NCBI GenBank assembly: GCA_042408215.1
Contig: JAYFMW010000006.1
Location: forward strand, 544,001-608,000
Length of the DNA stretch: 64,000 bases
Reading direction: 5' to 3'
From: Microcoleus sp.
GTDB lineage: Bacteria > Cyanobacteriota > Cyanobacteriia > Cyanobacteriales > Microcoleaceae
The notes beneath the pieces are model-generated. The model saw only the letters and a list, made by a program, of their open reading frames with translations. It did no database searches and had not been told where the DNA came from. The translations under genes were made by a program, and so were the position numbers. Each line of letters starts with the position of its first letter. Position 1 is the stretch's first letter. Shown here piece by piece: positions 1 to 10,804 of the stretch.

Positions 1-701
1 TCGGGAAAGTTCAAGACGCGATTTTAGATGAAGGCATCCACCCGATTTTACCGATTATCACCTCTGTCAAAACCCTGAGCGTGCGGGTACAAAAAACAGA
101 CATCCAAGCAGATGCAGCATCCAAAGACTTGCAAAAAGTTACTACAGACTTGGCAGTAAACTGGAACATCGACCCCGCCAAAGCCAACCAAGTCTACCAA
201 CAAATAGGAGACGAATCACAAATTGTTACCAGCATTCTCAGTCCGGCAATTTCCGAAGTTCTCAAAGCAGCAACTTCTAAAAAAACAGCAGAAGAAATTA
301 TTACTAAGCGCACGGAACTCAAAGCAGAAATCGACAACAGCCTCAAAAAACGCTTGGAACCTTACGGCGCGATCGTGAGAGATGTTTCGTTAATAAATTT
401 TGGCTTTTCTCCAGAATTTAGCAAAGCCATCGAAGCCAAACAGATAGCAGAACAAGAAGCCAAACAAGCAGAATTTACAGTCAAAAAAGCAACCCAAGAT
501 GCTCAAGCTGAAATTAACCGTGCTAAAGGTCAAGCAGAAGCTCAGCGCTTGCAGCGGCTAACATTAACTCCCGAACTTTTGCAGCAGCAAGCAATTCAAA
601 AATGGAACGGTCAGTTTCCGACAGTAATGGGCGGCGGTGGAGCTCTACCTTTAATTAATATTGCGCCGCCTGGTCAACCTGCGAGTCCTGCTGCTAAATA
701 A
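1..701 (+). CDS. SPFH/Band-7 prohibitin family protein (5' end truncated by window)
   Basis: ASKDLQ, AIEAKQIAEQEA and AQAEINRAKGQAEAQRL motifs; reading frame open to window start. Confidence 0.9.
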   Translation, partial: GKVQDAILDEGIHPILPIITSVKTLSVRVQKTDIQADAASKDLQKVTTDLAVNWNIDPAKANQVYQQIGDESQIVTSILSPAISEVLKAATSKKTAEEIITKRTELKAEIDNSLKKRLEPYGAIVRDVSLINFGFSPEFSKAIEAKQIAEQEAKQAEFTVKKATQDAQAEINRAKGQAEAQRLQRLTLTPELLQQQAIQKWNGQFPTVMGGGGALPLINIAPPGQPASPAAK

Positions 702-985
702 GCTGCTGTGCGTCCTGATTGACTTTTGGGAGAGAGGGGGAAGGGGGAGAGGGGGAGAGGGGGAGAGGGGGAGGGAGGATAGGGGGACAGGAATTAAGGG
801 TTTTCCACAACGGAAGTCAGCCGATTTGAGGTTTGAGATGGGAGATTGGAGATTTGAGAATTACTCCTAACCTAAAATCCCAGATCTTTTAGTCCCGAGA
901 TCAGATTCAGTATCCGTAAGTCCTGAAAAACGTTAAAGTAAGAAAAAACTCGGAAATTGTAAGGGTTTGCTTCAAAGTTCGGCTG

Positions 986-3900
986 ATGGGAAATCGGGAG
1001 AACCAGTCAATTTCTAATTTAGGTGGAGTGGGTGTTGGCGATCGCAATAATGGGTCAGAAGCACTGTGGCTGCGCGATCGAGCCTTGGCCGCTACTAGCA
1101 ACGGTATTGTGATTGCTGATGCTCAAGCCCCCGACAGTCCAATAATTTATTGCAATCCAGGCTTTGAACGGATTACAGGTTACAGTACCCAGGAAGTCTT
1201 GGGGCGTAACTGTCGGTTTTTGCAAGGCCCTGATACCGATCGGGCTACCGTAGCTAACATCCGCGACGCGATCGGCAAAGGTCGAGAATGCCAGGTAATC
1301 ATCAAAAATTACCGCAAAGACGGCACTGCTTTTTGGAACAAATTGTCCCTGTCTCCTCTGCGAGACGACAGCGGTAATTTGACTCACTTTGTCGGAATTC
1401 TTTCTGACTTATCCGAACGCATAGAAGTGCAGGAAGCATTGCAGCAAGCTAATGACCAACTGCAAACCATTTTGGAAGCAGTTCCGGGAATAGTATCTTG
1501 GATTAGCTCCGATTTGCGCTATTTGGGCGTTAACGGCCATTTAGCCACACTTCACGGTTTGCTACCGTCGGCGTTTGTTGGTCAAGATATCGGATTTCTG
1601 GGCGCTAGCTCGGATTTTGACTCTTTTGTGAGGGAGTTTTTTGCGCTCAACGCTACTGAAGCGGTGAAAGAACTCAGCGCTAGGGTCAAAACTGGCGAAG
1701 ACCAGTCTGCGGGACACTATTTGATTGTGGCTCAAAAGTACGATCGAGGTAAAGCAGCCTGTTTGGTAGGGATTGACATCACCGAACGCAAGCGGGCAGA
1801 AGACGCTCTGGTGCTGACTCGTAAAGCCGTGGAAAGTTCGAGCGATGCGATCGGCATGGCTGATGTCTCCGGCACTCATATCTATCAAAATCCAGCCTTT
1901 TCTCAGCTATTTGAATACTCTACAGCAGCGGAATTTAAGCAGGCTGGGGGTATAGCCGCAGTTTTTGCTGACCCCGCAGTCGCCTCGCAGATCCTCGACA
2001 CGATCGCCCAGGGTTATTCTTGGTGTGGCGAAGTTACTAACCGCACTAAAAGTGGCCGGATTTTGCAAGTGCTGCTGCGGGCCGATGCTATTAAAGACCC
2101 CACCGGGCAAATTGTCGGTCTGATCTACATTAATACCGATATTACCGATCGCAAACGCACAGAACAAGAACTGCGGAAAAGTGAGAAGCGCTTTCGATCG
2201 CTGATTGAAAATGCTAGAGATATTATTGTGATTCTCGACGAGAAAGGTTTCTGCCGCTATGTGTCTCCTTCCCAAGAGCGGATTTTGGGCTACCCGACGG
2301 CGGAAGTGCTCGGTCAGTCTATATTCGACCTGATTCACCCCGACGAATTGCCAATGGTGGCTCAGGTGTTCAAAGGAGTCATCGAAATGCCGAGAATTGG
2401 CTTGGGATTGGCGGAGTATCGGGTGCGGCACAAGGATGGTTTCTGGTGCAGTTTGGAAGCCGTAGCGACGAATTTGCTCGACGAGCCTTCGGTGCGAGGC
2501 ATTGTGGTCAATTGCCACGACGTGACAGAGCGCAAAATAGCAGAAGATAAGTTATTGCACGATGCTTTGCACGACGCCCTCACCGAGTTACCGAACCGGG
2601 CTTTGCTAACCGATCGATTGGGACAAGCTTTTGCCCGCGTCAAACGACATCCGAGCTGTCAGTTTGCGGTGCTGTTTCTGGATTTGGACAGGTTTAAGGT
2701 GATTAATGACAGTCAGGGACACCGCACGGGCGATCGACTTTTGGTGACTGTGGCTCGCCGTCTCTTGACTTGTTTGCGCCCTGGTGATACGGTGGCGCGT
2801 TTGGGGGGAGACGAGTTTGTGATTTTGCTCGAGGAAATTCAAGGTGTTGATGAGGCGATCGCCCAAGCTAAGGAAATTGAAAGGGCGATCGAACAACCGC
2901 TATATTTGGAGGGGAATAAAGTTTCAATTAGTGCTAGCATTGGCATTGCTTTGAGCACCGACGAATATCAGTGGCCTGGAGATATTTTGCGAGATGCTGA
3001 TATTGCCATGTACCGTGCAAAAGCCCTCGGCAAAGCTCGCTACGAAGTGTTTACCAGTGCGATGCACACTCGGGCTGTGGCTTTGATGCACTTGGAACAC
3101 GATTTGCGGCATTCGGTTGAACAACTGAATTTGAAAAATTCGATGTGGGATTTGGAATTGGGGAATACTGGACTAAAATCTGCGCTCTCGTCGATCAATA
3201 TGCAGTTACAGTCTCTCACATCTTCTATTTCAATTCCTAAATTGGCATCTCCTTTTGTGGTTCACTACCAGCCAATTGTTTGTTTAAAAAGTGGCTTAGT
3301 TGCCGGATTTGAAGCCCTCGTGCGCTGGGTGCACCCGGAACGGGGTTTGGTTTCCCCGATCGAATTCATTGCAATGGCCGAGGAAACCGGGCTAATTATT
3401 CCCTTGGGTTTGTGGGTTTTGAGCGAAAGTTGTCGCCAAATTATTAAATGGCAGAGTTTGAAATTACCTGTGGCGAATGGGCGGTTAACAGTAGCTGTCA
3501 ATCTTTCGGGTAGGCAGTTTTCGCAGCCGCAGTCGATCGAGCAAATTAAGAAAGTTTTGCAGCAAACAGGGGTAAACCCTCACTGTTTGAAGTTGGAGAT
3601 TACCGAGAGCGTGGTGATGGAAGATGGCGCCGCGGCAACGACTATGCTCTCGCAGTTGAAAGAGTTGGGGATTGAGCTGTCCATTGACGATTTTGGCACT
3701 GGTTATTCTTCTTTGAGTTATTTGCACAAATTCCCGATCGATATTTTGAAAATCGATCGCTCTTTTGTCAGCCGCATCGGAGAAAAAGGGGAAAATTTGG
3801 AAATCGTCAAGGCGATCGTCATGCTAGCTAGCAGTTTGAGGATGGAGGTAGTCGCAGAAGGTGTCGAAACCGCCGTTCAATTGGCTCAATTACGGGCGAT

Positions 3901-3991
3901 CGGCTGCGAGTACGGTCAGGGATACTTTTTCTCTAAACCACTCGATAGCGACGCAGCTACAGCCTTATTAAGTCGATCGCCCAAATGGTAA
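986..3991 (+). CDS. LOV/PAS-GGDEF-EAL diguanylate cyclase/phosphodiesterase
   Basis: N-terminal GRNCRFLQG LOV motif, further PAS repeats, RLGGDEF, FEALVRW and IDDFGTGYSS motifs. Confidence 0.92.
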   Translation: MGNRENQSISNLGGVGVGDRNNGSEALWLRDRALAATSNGIVIADAQAPDSPIIYCNPGFERITGYSTQEVLGRNCRFLQGPDTDRATVANIRDAIGKGRECQVIIKNYRKDGTAFWNKLSLSPLRDDSGNLTHFVGILSDLSERIEVQEALQQANDQLQTILEAVPGIVSWISSDLRYLGVNGHLATLHGLLPSAFVGQDIGFLGASSDFDSFVREFFALNATEAVKELSARVKTGEDQSAGHYLIVAQKYDRGKAACLVGIDITERKRAEDALVLTRKAVESSSDAIGMADVSGTHIYQNPAFSQLFEYSTAAEFKQAGGIAAVFADPAVASQILDTIAQGYSWCGEVTNRTKSGRILQVLLRADAIKDPTGQIVGLIYINTDITDRKRTEQELRKSEKRFRSLIENARDIIVILDEKGFCRYVSPSQERILGYPTAEVLGQSIFDLIHPDELPMVAQVFKGVIEMPRIGLGLAEYRVRHKDGFWCSLEAVATNLLDEPSVRGIVVNCHDVTERKIAEDKLLHDALHDALTELPNRALLTDRLGQAFARVKRHPSCQFAVLFLDLDRFKVINDSQGHRTGDRLLVTVARRLLTCLRPGDTVARLGGDEFVILLEEIQGVDEAIAQAKEIERAIEQPLYLEGNKVSISASIGIALSTDEYQWPGDILRDADIAMYRAKALGKARYEVFTSAMHTRAVALMHLEHDLRHSVEQLNLKNSMWDLELGNTGLKSALSSINMQLQSLTSSISIPKLASPFVVHYQPIVCLKSGLVAGFEALVRWVHPERGLVSPIEFIAMAEETGLIIPLGLWVLSESCRQIIKWQSLKLPVANGRLTVAVNLSGRQFSQPQSIEQIKKVLQQTGVNPHCLKLEITESVVMEDGAAATTMLSQLKELGIELSIDDFGTGYSSLSYLHKFPIDILKIDRSFVSRIGEKGENLEIVKAIVMLASSLRMEVVAEGVETAVQLAQLRAIGCEYGQGYFFSKPLDSDAATALLSRSPKW

Positions 3992-4161
3992 TCCGTCTCC
4001 GGGGGACGAAAGATCCCTCTTGTCCCCCCCTTGTTAAGGGGGGCTAGGGGGGATCGAGAGGAATGTGGACTTCTTTTAGTAGGGTGGTACGAGGCAATTT
4101 CTATCAAACTGATTCCGATCTACAATATAAACTGTATAAAAGTCAACTCATAGCAAAAAAT

Positions 4162-4954
4162 ATGTCTCAATCGATCGCCCAAGTTGTACCAGAAAAGCAA
4201 ATTGATAATTCCCCAACATTAACCTTTGAAGAATACCGAGTTTACCAAGGCAGATTCTGATGTACAATACGAACTGTACAAAGGCCAATTAATCCCGATA
4301 CCAACAGCAACAGTTTTACACATCAAAATTTGCGAATATTTAGTTTACAAATTGCAGCGTTATCTCGCTGAACACAATCTCGATTTAGTCGTAAAAACTT
4401 CTGTAGGAGTCAGAACAGAAGATGCCACATCCCGCATTCCCGATGTAGTTGTCTGCACAGAAAGTTTGTGGGAACAAGCTCTTGCAAGACCCGGTTCAGG
4501 CATCCTTGACTTTGATGAAACGCCGTTATTAGTGATAGAAGTGGTGAGCCAAGATCGGCGGGCAGACTATATAACTAAACGAGGAGAGTACGAACAAGCT
4601 AACGTGCCGGAATATGTGATTGTTGACCCAGCAGAAAACAGGCATCGGGTGCGACTTATGGCATTTCTCGAAGGTGATGACATTTATACAGAGGTAAATT
4701 ACTTGCCGGGAGAAGAAATGGTATCTGTAGTATTTCCCACTCTTGCATTATCAGTCAATGAAATACTTTGTCCGCCATTGGTGGAAGGGTTGATTAAGGA
4801 AGAACAAGCGCGATTGTTGGAACTCGGACAGCAAGCTGCAACGGAACGCCAACGCGCTGATGATGAGCGTCAACGCGCTGATGATGAGCATCAACGCGCT
4901 GAAAGGTTAGCTGCGAGGTTGCGGGAGTTGGGAGTAGATCCTGATACTGTTTAG
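4162..4954 (+). CDS. Uma2 (DUF820) family endonuclease with an apparent +1 frameshift near 4250
   Basis: N-terminus MSQSIAQVVPEKQIDNSPTLTFEEYR lies in another frame and aligns with paralog 20172-20942; RIPDVVV and LLVIEVVS motifs; coiled-coil tail. Confidence 0.85.
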
Positions 4955-5013
4955 GGGATTGGATGAAGTGCGTGAAGGGAAGCTATCCCGAAGGGAATCG
5001 CCCTTGTTTAGTC

Positions 5014-6474
5014 TCAACTATCCAGCGGTAAATCGCGGAGGAAATAAAAGCGATCGCGCCGCCAATCCTCTCCTTTAATTCGCCCTGCATAGTTTGTCAA
5101 AGGAGAGGAAAGCTCAACAAGAATTTCGTGCAAGTCTTTGGGTGATAAGGGTTTAAGTGCATTAGACATTGCATAAGCACCACTAAGAGCATCGACACTT
5201 GCTCGTTCAAAACCAGTATTTTCCTGATACTTTTTCAGAATAGAAAGAACCTGCGATCGCAAGTTAATTTCTCGTTCAACTTGCTCAATATATTTACCAA
5301 CTTCATCATCAGATTGTCCCGGTTTTAAGTATTCTTTCAGTTTAAATAAGTCCACTGAGTTAGGATAGTTGCTTTGAAGTTTAACCAGTTTTTCAAGCGT
5401 CTCAGGGTTCATAATCGCCATACCGTGTAATTGAGCTGCATCCTTAACTTGAGTAGTTGGAACACCAGGGCCAATAATTAGCTTAGTGACTCTTTTGAGT
5501 AATGCTTCATCTCTCAGGCGTAGGGTTCCTAAATTCAGCAATTGAACTGCTGTATCATTAGGGATTTTTTTACCCGCTTTGCATTCACCAACCAGAGGGT
5601 AAGGTTTTGAGCAGAATAAATCTAAGCCGCCAGCACCACCTTTGTGAGCATAATCTATTGTAAATCCCAAAAACTCAAGGCTATCGCGCACTACATTTTC
5701 AAAGTCGGTTCCTGCTTGATAGTTACTTTTACCCGTATCTTCTTCTTTGCTGCGATTCCCCAAAGCTGCTATAGTGTTGATCCAAGCTAAATCGGGTTGA
5801 ATTGGTTTTACAGGCTTGTCGCTACTCCAACCTAGAAATATTTTGATTTCTGCATCTAGTTGTTTGGCGTTTTGGTTGGTATTTGATAAAAGCGCGATCG
5901 CACTTTGCAACTCTTCCAACTCTGGATGCTCAGGAGGCTCTAGTTTTTCCAGTTGTTTGCGACGTTTAGCAAACAGAAAATCGCTCAAAACAGGCGTTGA
6001 ATCAGTAACATTTAGAGACTTTGGCAAAGATACAAAATTGCTGCTAGATTGCACAGACATTTCAAATGGCTGAGGTAGCAAATAAACCCGCAGGTAAGCT
6101 ACAAAAATAAAAGGACGCTGCTGGAGAATTTGCTGTAATGCCTTTGTTTTCCAGACTGTTAATCGCGACAAAGCCTCTAATGATTCAGGAGCATTCAGCA
6201 TTTGGCACAATTCGCATTTAGCCCAAGCTTTAATTAAAACTGTGTCAGAATTCAATTCAGAAAGTGCCGTTTGGGAAGTGGGCAAAAAACTTGAACGATA
6301 GTGTTGCTCGTGAGGTAGCAAATTAATGGAGATATTGGCTGGATATAGAGCATATGACTGACCATACTCGATAAACACCCGAGGTATGGCTGCAATCATT
6401 CGCCCTTGGATTAAAGCCTCAATATCTGGAGCTGGTAGAAGTAGAGCACTCTCAATTAACACTGATTTCTTCAT
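5014..6474 (-). CDS. DUF1802 (ASCH/PUA-like) domain fused to a PD-(D/E)XK restriction-endonuclease-like domain
   Basis: N-terminal APDIEALIQGRMIA; nuclease motifs GTDFENVVRDSLEFLGF...GGLDL...VGECKAG; start overlaps the ATPase stop (ATGA). Confidence 0.75.
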   Translation of the reverse strand: MKKSVLIESALLLPAPDIEALIQGRMIAAIPRVFIEYGQSYALYPANISINLLPHEQHYRSSFLPTSQTALSELNSDTVLIKAWAKCELCQMLNAPESLEALSRLTVWKTKALQQILQQRPFIFVAYLRVYLLPQPFEMSVQSSSNFVSLPKSLNVTDSTPVLSDFLFAKRRKQLEKLEPPEHPELEELQSAIALLSNTNQNAKQLDAEIKIFLGWSSDKPVKPIQPDLAWINTIAALGNRSKEEDTGKSNYQAGTDFENVVRDSLEFLGFTIDYAHKGGAGGLDLFCSKPYPLVGECKAGKKIPNDTAVQLLNLGTLRLRDEALLKRVTKLIIGPGVPTTQVKDAAQLHGMAIMNPETLEKLVKLQSNYPNSVDLFKLKEYLKPGQSDDEVGKYIEQVEREINLRSQVLSILKKYQENTGFERASVDALSGAYAMSNALKPLSPKDLHEILVELSSPLTNYAGRIKGEDWRRDRFYFLRDLPLDS

Positions 6475-8331
6475 TCCTTACTCAAATTACTAGGAACCTG
6501 ACCAGACGGATCGCTCAAAATTTCACAGATGACATAATTGTCAACTACTAGCTTCTTTCTGGCAATAAAATCAAAAAGTGCTGCCTCAGTAAAATCATAG
6601 TTTTCACGACTGCAATAAAGCGATCGGATAGCTAGAAGAGCCTTGATGTTATCATTTGTCAACTTTACCCATTCCCCACCTAATTTAGGAGACAAAAGAT
6701 CGCTTAAATACCCTTGAGCTTTAGTCGCACCGGGATTAATCTCTTTGGAACGAACTAAGCATCCACGAGTGATATTAAACTTTTTATAGTCGATTAGACG
6801 CTTCAATCCAGCTTGTACACCCATCCCACTAGGTATTTGAAGAACCATTACTCCAATTTTGATGGGGTTTCCATTTTCCTCACCTATGATTTTGAAGTCC
6901 AGACCGTAGCTTTTTTCTGACGCACTGCACCTAATCTTTTCAAGACTAATGATTTTAACATTTTCTAAAGTCTGTCCAATTATGGTGGAGAAGCTCAGCC
7001 AAAGAGCATCAGCTAATGTAATTTTCTCGTCCAGCAAGGTTGTTAGGGAATTTTCAACAGATATAAGTGCCTTGTTATATTCAATTTCAACAAGGTCTTT
7101 TGGTGGTGGTGGATTGGGGGTATCAAGAGTTTTAAAGTTTTCCAAACACCATGTCAACACTCTTCTAGCAGAACTATCAGAATTTCTGCCCAAGTCTCGC
7201 AATTGATTTTCTTCAAAAGGATATATTGGACTATGGGGAATTAAATTGCTTGACTGATAAAACTCTTTCATCCATAGCGAAACTAGCTGAACAATAGAGT
7301 CACCATCCATAAATTTTAATGGGATTGGATCTCCTCTTTTAGAAACTCGATCTACGACTCCACCAGGCATAAGCTTGATCTTCTGTGTCCATGTATCAGG
7401 CATCATTACGGTTAGAATTACAAAACCTTTACTTTGTTCAGAAAGTTGAATGTCATCTACCAAAGGCTTAATTAAACCAGCTATCGCTAGTGGTCTTGTT
7501 AAGCCACTTTCGGGATCAACTCTGTTATCCAAATCTAGTTCATCAAAACAAATAACTAGAGGCTTATATTCGCTAACCAAACTCAAAATTTGCGAAATCG
7601 TCTTAAAGGCTTCAGCATTTTGATATTTCTCTTCTGTGCTAGGATTGGGTAATCCCATAGCATTAGCCCTCACTTCAGCCAAGTTCTTTCCAGATAACCA
7701 CTTAACTGCAAAATCTGAATAGTCTTCTGAGAGTGTCCAAAAAATGGCACGAATAATATCAGGGTCACTGCGTCTTATTCGCCTGTATTTAGTTACCAAC
7801 TCATCTACCCAGTTATTATTTTCGGCTTGACTATATTTTTCCACTACCTTCTTAGCTGAAATAGTCTCTGCATTGGAATTTACATTTCTACCCACTTGGT
7901 TAACCATAGCTGCTGCTAGTTCCTGCCACTGCGTTACCCCTTGACTACCATTGTGATTGAGACTATCGGCTAAAGTTTGTAGAAAGTAATAATTAACAAA
8001 CTTTATGTCGTATGTCTCCACACCTGCATAAATAAATAAGGCACTGCCATCAGCTTTAAGACGATGATGAATACGACTAATAACATGGCTCTTGCCAACT
8101 CCTTTACTAGCTATGATGACCATTGAAGTTACTTTTTCACTGGTTCTTTGAGCAGAATGAACTCGGTCGATTGCCTGATAAACTGCATCCGAAGCATGAG
8201 CATTCAGCGTCGTAACATCAGGGAAACCCTGCTCCCAAACGTCTTGTTCTCTGACAACGGCAGCACCAGTTGGAAATGGGTTATAACTTTGAATAGCTGC
8301 GTTGAGTTCTTCAATTCGAGAGAATAGTCAT
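6471..8331 (-). CDS. P-loop ATPase (AAA+-like); probable true start at 8331, with a +1 frameshift near 8322
   Basis: Walker A ASKGVGKS and Walker B LVICFDELD; frame open upstream to SRIEELNAAIQSYNPF...GFPDVTTLNAHAS; ATG at 8331 is 1 nt out of frame. Confidence 0.8.
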
Positions 8332-8390
8332 AGTGATTTGTGTGAGGTAAAGAACTGAACCAGAATGAAGCTTGAGAAGCTTTATCGTTT

Positions 8391-9118
8391 AAGCTTGAGA
8401 AATTAAGCGCGTTGGCGTAGTAGCGTAATTCACCCAATGACGTTATGATGGAGTCTTCAGCTTTATCAGGCGTGATCTCTGTCATTTCGCCCCCCTGAAG
8501 CAGGAAAAAGCCATTAGCCTGCATTTCCAACAGCCACTCATTAAACTCCGATCGCCCTAACCTTTCCCCGATCGCCCGCCGCATCCGATAAATCGGCACT
8601 AAATCATCTAAGTTATAATCCCGGTTCAAGCTGTCATACACATCCAACGCCACAGCCTTAAATTCTTCATAGGATGCGATCGCCCCTACATCCCCCTTCC
8701 CCGCCTCAACACCAACACCCACCGCACCATCCTGATGCCGAATCCACTTCAACAAAGCATTTCCCAGCCGCGTACCAATTTGAGAACCATCAAACTCAAA
8801 CAGAGAATCCCGACTTTTCAAGCCATCCGCTAAAACTTCTTTCCCCCACGCGCTCAATTCCACCAGCGTCACCCGATTTGACAGCGAATAGACGATCGCC
8901 CCAGCATCCTTTAACTCGTCGAGCACCCCCCGATATCTCTCACTCGTCTCATTAGTACGCACAATCCGCTTAGTCAAATCGCCTTTTTTAACCATCATTT
9001 TGTCGCCGCCCAAATCCCACAAATTCAGCAGCACCCGAACTTTAGCCTTAGCATCCCACACCGCTTGCTCTTCGGCTGTCAAAGTCTTAGACACCGCAAT
9101 TTCATTTTTCTCAGACAT
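8391..9118 (-). CDS. hypothetical protein with probable winged-helix-like domains; ORF runs to 8204 as sequenced, but removing 1 nt near 8413 ends it as YYAKRLISQA*
   Basis: ORF 8204..9118; the tail after LRYYA overlaps the ATPase 5' end; C-terminal LVPIYRMRRAIGERLGRSEFNEWLLEM looks helical/wHTH-like. Confidence 0.6.
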
Positions 9119-9399
9119 ATCTATACCTTCAAATACTTGATCTCACCCTCGAATTATATCATAAATCTTGCTGAAAAAACATCTCAAATTTGCAGCCAAT
9201 TCTACGCGAGGCTGCGAACAACTTATGCAAATTTCCGGCTTAAATACTTTTGTCACTCATCCGCACCCTTAAACTCGATTATCAAAAAAAATAGGATTGA
9301 CTAAAAGGTTGTTTATTGATATAATATGCCGTCCGAAAGTAGCGGGGAGGTGCGCAATGCGCACCCTACAGATAGAGTTTATGCGTCCAGGACTATTTA

Positions 9400-9867
9400 T
9401 TAACTCTCCTTCCTCCCGTCCAAATATGCTTTAACTTCCCTCAAAACTTGCCGATTTGCATCAAAAGTAATCAAATTAATAGCTTCCTCAAAACAAATCC
9501 AAGCAGAATTTTGAATTTCCGCTTCTTGCAACTGAACTTCCATCGAATTTACAAAAGCCACAAAGTAAGTAACAATCTTTTCAATTGGCTCTCCTTCCTT
9601 AGCAAAGGAATAATGTTTAACAGAACTTGGCTTCCCTTCCTGAACAAAGGAATAATGTTCTACAAAACTCGGCTCCTCAAGCACTTCATACTCGCGGATG
9701 CCAGTTTCCTCCTCCAATTCCCGCTTCGCCGTTTCCAGTGCAGATTCCCCCGGATCGGCGTGACCTTTAGGAAACGCCCAATGTCCGGCTTGATGTTGAA
9801 TCAACAAAAACAAACTATCAGTTTCATTCGTAAAAATTGGCACAATCCCAAAACATTCATCTTTCAT
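9400..9867 (-). CDS. NUDIX hydrolase (Ap4A hydrolase-like)
   Basis: Nudix box FPKGHADPGESALETAKRELEEETG. Confidence 0.88.
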   Translation of the reverse strand: MKDECFGIVPIFTNETDSLFLLIQHQAGHWAFPKGHADPGESALETAKRELEEETGIREYEVLEEPSFVEHYSFVQEGKPSSVKHYSFAKEGEPIEKIVTYFVAFVNSMEVQLQEAEIQNSAWICFEEAINLITFDANRQVLREVKAYLDGRKES

Positions 9868-9976
9868 ATCTTTTCTATTTCCTATTGCTAACTAATCCAT
9901 TTTTTTGTTCTTTAGTCCGCTATGAGTGGACTTCGTTTTTGTAGACGCGATTTCCAATCGCCGGTAATTTGTGGTG

Positions 9977-10735
9977 TTAACTCAAACCCCACCCCAACCG
10001 AGTCTGCTGCTCATAAACCCGCTTCAAAGTATTAACATCCCTCGCCGAAATAGGCGGAGGATTTCTCACCTGAGAAAAATAAAGCACATCAGTTTCCATC
10101 AAACTGTGACCCCAAATTCCCAAAGCGTGACCCAACTCATGCCGCGCCGTCGCCGCAATATACTTACCCACTTGATTCGGATTCAAATAAACCGAAAACC
10201 GATGAGATAATAGAGTTTGATCGCCCTCCTGACTCGAATACAACTCATAGACAGCTTCTCCCGATCGCGATCGCAAATGCCCTTGCCGCAAAGGCGGAGC
10301 CTGACGTAAAATTTTAATATCAGCAACCTCCGAACTTTCCACCACTTCCAAAGGCAAATAAACCCCCCATTCCCGCACAACATCCAACACAGCCCCTAGC
10401 CAATCTTCAGAGCGATTAATATTAACCGGATGCTCCACATAAACCTTAATCGGAAACTTCGACCAAACCAAATGACCGACATTCGGCGGCTTCACAAGGT
10501 CAAAATAATCGCCGCTATTAGTTGAATCTTGCCAATTAGCCAGCGTTGGCGGCAAAGAGTGAACCTGTGGCTCTGGCCAACTATTCGACAGAGGAGGAAG
10601 ACTCGCAGCAGGAATATTAACCTGAGTCAAAATTATCAGGCTAAAACAACATAAAGCCAAGGAAAACACTGCCAGCGATCGCAATTTTCTCGTAACTTTC
10701 CACAACCACATTTTTGCAACCGCAGATACAAGCAA
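9977..10735 (-). CDS. Zn-dependent metallopeptidase (matrixin-like), exported
   Basis: HELGHALGIWGHS motif; hydrophobic N-terminus. Confidence 0.8.
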   Translation of the reverse strand: MLVSAVAKMWLWKVTRKLRSLAVFSLALCCFSLIILTQVNIPAASLPPLSNSWPEPQVHSLPPTLANWQDSTNSGDYFDLVKPPNVGHLVWSKFPIKVYVEHPVNINRSEDWLGAVLDVVREWGVYLPLEVVESSEVADIKILRQAPPLRQGHLRSRSGEAVYELYSSQEGDQTLLSHRFSVYLNPNQVGKYIAATARHELGHALGIWGHSLMETDVLYFSQVRNPPPISARDVNTLKRVYEQQTRLGWGLS

Positions 10736-10804
10736 ATAAACGCAGATGAACTTGATATGATCTGCGTCTATCTGCGTTCATCTGCGGTTAAAAATCCTCA
10801 TCTT

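Noticed and set aside
728..870. G-rich purine tract and 69-aa ORF after the prohibitin gene
   Set aside because: Low-complexity short tandem repeats typical of these genomes; the ORF is probably spurious.
4099..4295. possible DGR template/variable repeat pair
   Set aside because: Mismatches are not adenine-specific, and no reverse transcriptase is present in the window.
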